Below are positions 59,832-64,000 of a DNA stretch of 64,000 bases, piece by piece. Below the pieces are notes generated by a model, which searched no databases, was not told where the DNA came from, and saw nothing but the letters and a program-made list of their open reading frames with translations. The DNA is taken from positions 20,062 through 84,061 of the forward strand of contig JABDFY010000002.1 of the NCBI GenBank assembly GCA_013286365.1. Direction: 5' to 3'. The translations under genes were made by a program, and so were the position numbers. Positions within the stretch are counted from its first letter, which is position 1. The number at the start of each line of letters is the position of its first letter. This stretch comes from Alphaproteobacteria bacterium. Lineage in GTDB: Bacteria > Pseudomonadota > Alphaproteobacteria > UBA9219.

Positions 59832-61082
59832 ATGAGTAGTAGTGGCAGTAATACGCCTCAAACAGACCCCATCTGGATGCTGATGGCTTTACTACTCATT
59901 ATCGGTGGCCTGATGTGGTTTCTTTGGCATGAGTTTAGACCGCAGTTGCTCGAAGTCTTGCGCTACATGCGTTTTGGCGAACTCTGGGTCATCAATCTTT
60001 TTACCGGCCGCGAAGTACCTTGCATGAGATGGCTTCGTGTGGCGGATCCCGATAATTTTCAGCCCACACGTGAAGCAATGCAATGGGCGGCAGCCTGTTT
60101 TGGTGGCAACAACCTGCAAAATCTTTCGCCCCAACAGGCTCAAGCTTACTACAGCCTTTCTGGCGTAAGTATTGGCGCCGTTGCCAAGCGGACGTTGCCG
60201 TTTTTTAGCATTCTGTCCATTCCCGTTTTCAGTGCTATGGCGATTTACGCCTTATTTTATTCCCCGCTGAGCAAGTTTAGAACGATCTATACACTTGAAA
60301 CTTTTATCAAAACACAAGCTAAAATGTGGCCAGTGATTTCACCGATCGTTAAATTTAAATCAGCCGAGCACAGCGCGCGTTCTCCGGGCCAAATTATACC
60401 GGACAAATTACCGCCGTTTGCCGAAGCGCTATCGCCAGAAGAGTGGATTGCTTGGCATCGTATTCCGGTGACGAACGGCATCCCAGACCGCGAAGCTGCG
60501 CGACGCGCCTTTCTTATACAGCTGGGGCCGCGTTGGCAGGGCATTGCTAATCAACCGCCATATTTTTTGGCCTTATTTGCGGCCTTTTCCCTTAAAGGTG
60601 TGCAACGGCGTGAAGAGAGCGACGAATTGCTTGGCGAAATCGCCAAATATTGGACAGTTGATGGTGGGTTTCAAATGCCGATGAGCTTATCGTCAAAAAT
60701 CAATGGTATGATCAAAGATGCGGAGATTGGCGATCCTGCCGTGGCGATAGCCAATCAACATGCCTATCGCACGACGGCGCTTATGGGCGTGCTTCGTTGG
60801 GCACGTTCCATGGGCGGTGTGTTGGCTCCGGCGCAGTTTGTTTGGTTGCGGGCGGTCGATCGGCCACTCTGGTATCCTTTGAATAATCTTGGGCGACGTT
60901 CGTTTCACACTGAAGGTGCTGGGGCCATGGCCCACTTCATGGCCGAACAAAGCGCCAAGAAGCCATTGCCTTTGCCGCGTATTGACACGGCCATTGTGAC
61001 GATTAATCAGTTTCTTGCAGATCCAGAAAAACGTACAATCTCCATTCCGCCGCGTGAAGAACCAAAGTCTGCAAAATCTTGA
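59832..61082 (+). CDS. icmP: IcmP/DotM-like inner-membrane protein of the coupling complex
   Basis: N-terminal TM segments plus a large cytoplasmic domain. Located upstream of dotL, as in Legionella. Sequence recognition is weaker than for the other components. Confidence 0.55.
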   Translation: MSSSGSNTPQTDPIWMLMALLLIIGGLMWFLWHEFRPQLLEVLRYMRFGELWVINLFTGREVPCMRWLRVADPDNFQPTREAMQWAAACFGGNNLQNLSPQQAQAYYSLSGVSIGAVAKRTLPFFSILSIPVFSAMAIYALFYSPLSKFRTIYTLETFIKTQAKMWPVISPIVKFKSAEHSARSPGQIIPDKLPPFAEALSPEEWIAWHRIPVTNGIPDREAARRAFLIQLGPRWQGIANQPPYFLALFAAFSLKGVQRREESDELLGEIAKYWTVDGGFQMPMSLSSKINGMIKDAEIGDPAVAIANQHAYRTTALMGVLRWARSMGGVLAPAQFVWLRAVDRPLWYPLNNLGRRSFHTEGAGAMAHFMAEQSAKKPLPLPRIDTAIVTINQFLADPEKRTISIPPREEPKSAKS

Positions 61083-61122
61083 CGCAGTTCTTACGATTTC
61101 AACAAGGACAAAGGAACGAACG

Positions 61123-61587
61123 ATGCCAATATGGCCACATAAATCACCTTTTAAGGCCAAAGTACTGGGACATACTCTTATTGCAGCATTCAGAACCAGC
61201 CACCCGCCGCTAATCTGGCAATTTGATCTGGAAAAAAATCACAGCTTTACTGTAGCTCTTCAAGGCGAAGAAGGTGATCTGGAATTGGGTGTAACTTCGC
61301 CGCGGGGCGAGTTTTACCCGATTGCCCATTTTACTGACCGCGAAGATGCTGAAGAAGCGTTTGCTCGGGTGCAAAAGGCTTTAATGTGCCGCCATCAACC
61401 CTGGCACTGGAAACGGGCCGTCTGTTGGTTGGCTTTAGCCGCTATCGTTTACTTGCTCTTATTTAGTCCCATGGTTGGAGAGGGTATTAAAATTGCGTCG
61501 CTTTTATTCTCCTCGAATAATCCAGTGAATACACCAAGCGGGGTTCCCCTACCGGCTGATCAAGTTTTGCACGCCCCGTCTCAATAA
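61123..61587 (+). CDS. hypothetical protein with one C-terminal TM segment, inserted between dotM-like and dotL
   Basis: ATG after AAGGAA. 154 aa with TM segment AVCWLALAAIVYLLLF. No family recognised. Confidence 0.45.
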   Translation: MPIWPHKSPFKAKVLGHTLIAAFRTSHPPLIWQFDLEKNHSFTVALQGEEGDLELGVTSPRGEFYPIAHFTDREDAEEAFARVQKALMCRHQPWHWKRAVCWLALAAIVYLLLFSPMVGEGIKIASLLFSSNNPVNTPSGVPLPADQVLHAPSQ

Positions 61588-61628
61588 ACCCCAGGTGTCG
61601 TCGTGGGTGCTGGATTGAGGTACGCGGT

Positions 61629-61649
61629 CGTTTTTCGTTAACGAAAACG
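61629..61649. promoter_or_regulatory. near-perfect palindrome CGTTTTTCGTT|AACGAAAACG upstream of dotL
   Basis: 10-bp arms centred on GTTAAC, with one extra T in the left arm. It lies about 80 nt upstream of the dotL ATG. Confidence 0.5.
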
Positions 61650-61728
61650 TAATATTAGCGACCGAGACTTATAAAGGAAAATGAGCTAATATAGCAGCCT
61701 TGTTGGCTAAAGGGCGGGTGTCACTTCC

Positions 61729-64000
61729 ATGCCTATTGTACTACCCAAATTCGTCGTCAAACACCGACATCTATTGCGCGATGTGCGTCCTGTATCGCAG
61801 CGCATAGCCGAGTATATGCAGCAGCCAAGTTCCACGGCTATGGTATTTGGTTTTGCGGTAGCTATCTATTGGTTGTTGCCCCAATACGTTATGGTCTGGC
61901 CGGACTTCATGATGATACTGGTCTTCTTCTACTTTCGTTGGTTCTACAAGCGCCCCTTCGTTCCGCCGCTTAAGATGCCAAAGTTTGCAAATTTGCCCGA
62001 TCCACACAATCCACCGCCAGGCAGGACAGGTTCTGGTAAATCAGATGGCATCCTTTTTGTCGGCAACATATCAGATGAAGATGACCCCTATGAATTGCGC
62101 AAAGAAATTTGGCTGACTAACACAGATGCGCGAACCCACATTTTGTATCTGGGTACAACCGGTGCTGGTAAGACTGAAGGCCTGAAATCGATTGTCACCA
62201 ACGCGCTTACTTGGGGATCGGGGTTCGTCTATGTTGACGGTAAAGCAGATACCGATTTGTGGGCTTCGCTTTATGCCCTGGCGCGCCGCTTTGGGCGTGA
62301 TGATGATCTCTTGGTTCTTAACTATATGACCGGTAACACCGACGAAGGATCGGTTTCAAATAGTATGAACCCGTTTTCGAACGGCTCATCGTCTTATCTC
62401 GCCAACATGATCACAAGTTTCATGCCAGATGCCGGCGGCGATAATGCGATGTGGAAAGAACGTGCTATGGCCTTGATGTTTGCGCTCATGCCCGCGTTGA
62501 CTTGGAAGCGCGATAAGCAAGGTTTACTTCTTGATATTGGCGTCGTTCGCGACAACCTCGAAATGCAACCAATTATACGCCTCGCTCGCGACCCCAACCT
62601 ACCGGAGCGAATAATTCATGGCTTGCAGGGATACCTCAACACATTACCAGGCTATGTCGATGCCGCGTTTGATGATGAGGGCAACGAACGGCCACCATCG
62701 CCGGATCAACCAATGTACGATCTACAGGTAGCTCGCCAACAACACGGCTATCTGTCAATGCAGTTCACGCGCGCTCTGCAGATGTTGGCTGATGAGTATG
62801 GCTATATTTTCAAAGTTCAACTTGCCGATATCGATGTGCTTGATGTCGTGCTTAACCGACGCATTTTAATTGTGCTCATTCCAGCCTTGGAAAAAAACCA
62901 GGACGAAGCCGCCAATCTCGGTAAAATTGTTGCCGCTAGTCTTAAGGGTATGATGGGCGCTACGCTTGGCAATACAGTTGAAGGTTCGTGGGAAATGGCC
63001 ATCGGCAGCAAGCAGACGCGCTCATCTTCATCGTTTATGACCGTGTTTGATGAGGTCGGCTACTACACGGCACAGGGCATGGCTGTGATGGCAGCGCAGG
63101 CGCGCTCGCTTGGTTTCTCCCTTATCTTTGCCTCACAAGATTTGCCGTCGATGGAAAAGAAAATCAAAACCGAGGCCAAATCGATTGTCGGTAACTGCAA
63201 TCTTAAAATCTTTGGTAAAATTGAGGATCCGACCGATACGCGCGAGTTTCTCAACAAACATGCCGGCACGGCTTATGTGCTCGAATCAAGCGGTATGTCG
63301 GCACCTACAAATACGATTTCAAGCCTCTTTTTCAATATGCCGTTTGTTGATAATCGCGGAACAACACAAACCAACCAACGTCAACGCGTCGATTATGACC
63401 ACATTCGGTTTCAACGTGAGGGTGAAGTTCACATCCTTTTTGCCGACTGGTTCTTGCGTGCGCGCATGTTTTTTGTAGCTCCGGAGAAGGTGAAGGCCTT
63501 GCGCGTTCACCGATTTTTGCCAGTGCCCGGCACGACGTCTTCCACGGCTGCTCGTGAACGCGCTATGCATGAACTTGCAACACGATTAAAAGACCCTGAG
63601 TGGACGGCAACTTCGGCATCATCTGACGCGGCCTTTTCACCTGAGGTATCCGCTCTTGCCAAGGGGTATGCTGCGGGTCTAGCCGCGAAACGATCGACCC
63701 TCGAAGCAAGTGCTATGGCGCTAGCCAACTTTGCGATCTTGCCGCCACCGGCTAAAACAGCTGTCACGACATCAGACAGTGCCAAAAAATCGGATGGTAT
63801 TAAGAGTAAAGCCGGAGGTGATCGTGCACAACCAGCCGTTATTCCCGAGATCTCGGTAGAAGAAAAAGCAGCTCTTCGTGCGGGATTGCCGCCGCTTTAC
63901 GAAGGTGACCAATATGCGGTTCAGGAAGTGGCTCAAAGCACAGCTAAACCCAAAGCCACGACAAATTTCGTGACGACGGATGCCGATCTAGCTGTGGTCA
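61729..64000 (+). CDS. icmO: type IV coupling protein IcmO/DotL (3' end lies outside the window)
   Basis: Absent from the ORF track because no stop occurs before the window end. Hand translation from ATG 61729 is open to 64000. Two N-terminal TM segments, Walker A LGTTGAGKTE, Walker B FMTVFDEVGYY. Confidence 0.85.
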   Translation, partial: MPIVLPKFVVKHRHLLRDVRPVSQRIAEYMQQPSSTAMVFGFAVAIYWLLPQYVMVWPDFMMILVFFYFRWFYKRPFVPPLKMPKFANLPDPHNPPPGRTGSGKSDGILFVGNISDEDDPYELRKEIWLTNTDARTHILYLGTTGAGKTEGLKSIVTNALTWGSGFVYVDGKADTDLWASLYALARRFGRDDDLLVLNYMTGNTDEGSVSNSMNPFSNGSSSYLANMITSFMPDAGGDNAMWKERAMALMFALMPALTWKRDKQGLLLDIGVVRDNLEMQPIIRLARDPNLPERIIHGLQGYLNTLPGYVDAAFDDEGNERPPSPDQPMYDLQVARQQHGYLSMQFTRALQMLADEYGYIFKVQLADIDVLDVVLNRRILIVLIPALEKNQDEAANLGKIVAASLKGMMGATLGNTVEGSWEMAIGSKQTRSSSSFMTVFDEVGYYTAQGMAVMAAQARSLGFSLIFASQDLPSMEKKIKTEAKSIVGNCNLKIFGKIEDPTDTREFLNKHAGTAYVLESSGMSAPTNTISSLFFNMPFVDNRGTTQTNQRQRVDYDHIRFQREGEVHILFADWFLRARMFFVAPEKVKALRVHRFLPVPGTTSSTAARERAMHELATRLKDPEWTATSASSDAAFSPEVSALAKGYAAGLAAKRSTLEASAMALANFAILPPPAKTAVTTSDSAKKSDGIKSKAGGDRAQPAVIPEISVEEKAALRAGLPPLYEGDQYAVQEVAQSTAKPKATTNFVTTDADLAVV

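Noticed and set aside
1-64000. CRISPR arrays, rRNA or tRNA genes, IS elements or transposases, integrases, prophage genes, toxin-antitoxin pairs, and recognisable anti-phage defence systems.
   Set aside because: I saw none when reading the ORF translations and intergenic DNA. The only tandem repeats are the 15-bp coding repeat in icmE and the 13-bp pair at 12958-12983.

Overview
All calls come from reading the ORF translations and the DNA by eye; no database search was run. The window looks like a chromosomal segment from a Gram-negative bacterium. It is probably an alphaproteobacterium, because it carries a DUF1036 gene and a GcrA-like HTH protein, but that is inference only. Gene content falls into five blocks. 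(1) 1-2.4 kb holds the 3' end of gatB and a few small secreted or hypothetical proteins. (2) 2.4-12.9 kb, minus strand, holds crcB, two small envelope proteins, then an mdtABC-type RND efflux operon with a NodT-family outer-membrane lipoprotein. (3) 13.1-42.3 kb is a polysaccharide (O-antigen or capsule type) locus of about 29 kb. It encodes a Wzm/Wzt ABC exporter, two GtrB-like GT2 enzymes plus GtrA, a complete GDP-D-glycero-alpha-D-manno-heptose pathway with its own transaldolase, a CDP-3,6-dideoxyhexose core (rfbF/G/H), an unassigned cassette (aldolase-like, SDR, 3-dehydroquinate-synthase-like, ThDP enzyme), and an AT-rich 771-aa polytopic membrane protein. (4) 42.5-46.7 kb holds a stand-alone ClpA/B D1-like AAA+ ATPase, acnA and a DUF1036 gene. 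(5) After a low-coding, AT-rich junction, 47.3-64 kb is a Dot/Icm-like type IVB secretion block. Its gene order is icmL, an icmL paralog, icmK, icmE, icmG, an icmC-like gene, icmD, icmJ, icmB, icmP/dotM, an extra ORF, then icmO/dotL, which runs off the window end. This block has several atypical features and is the most interesting part of the window. I saw no rRNA, tRNA, CRISPR array, transposase or integrase.
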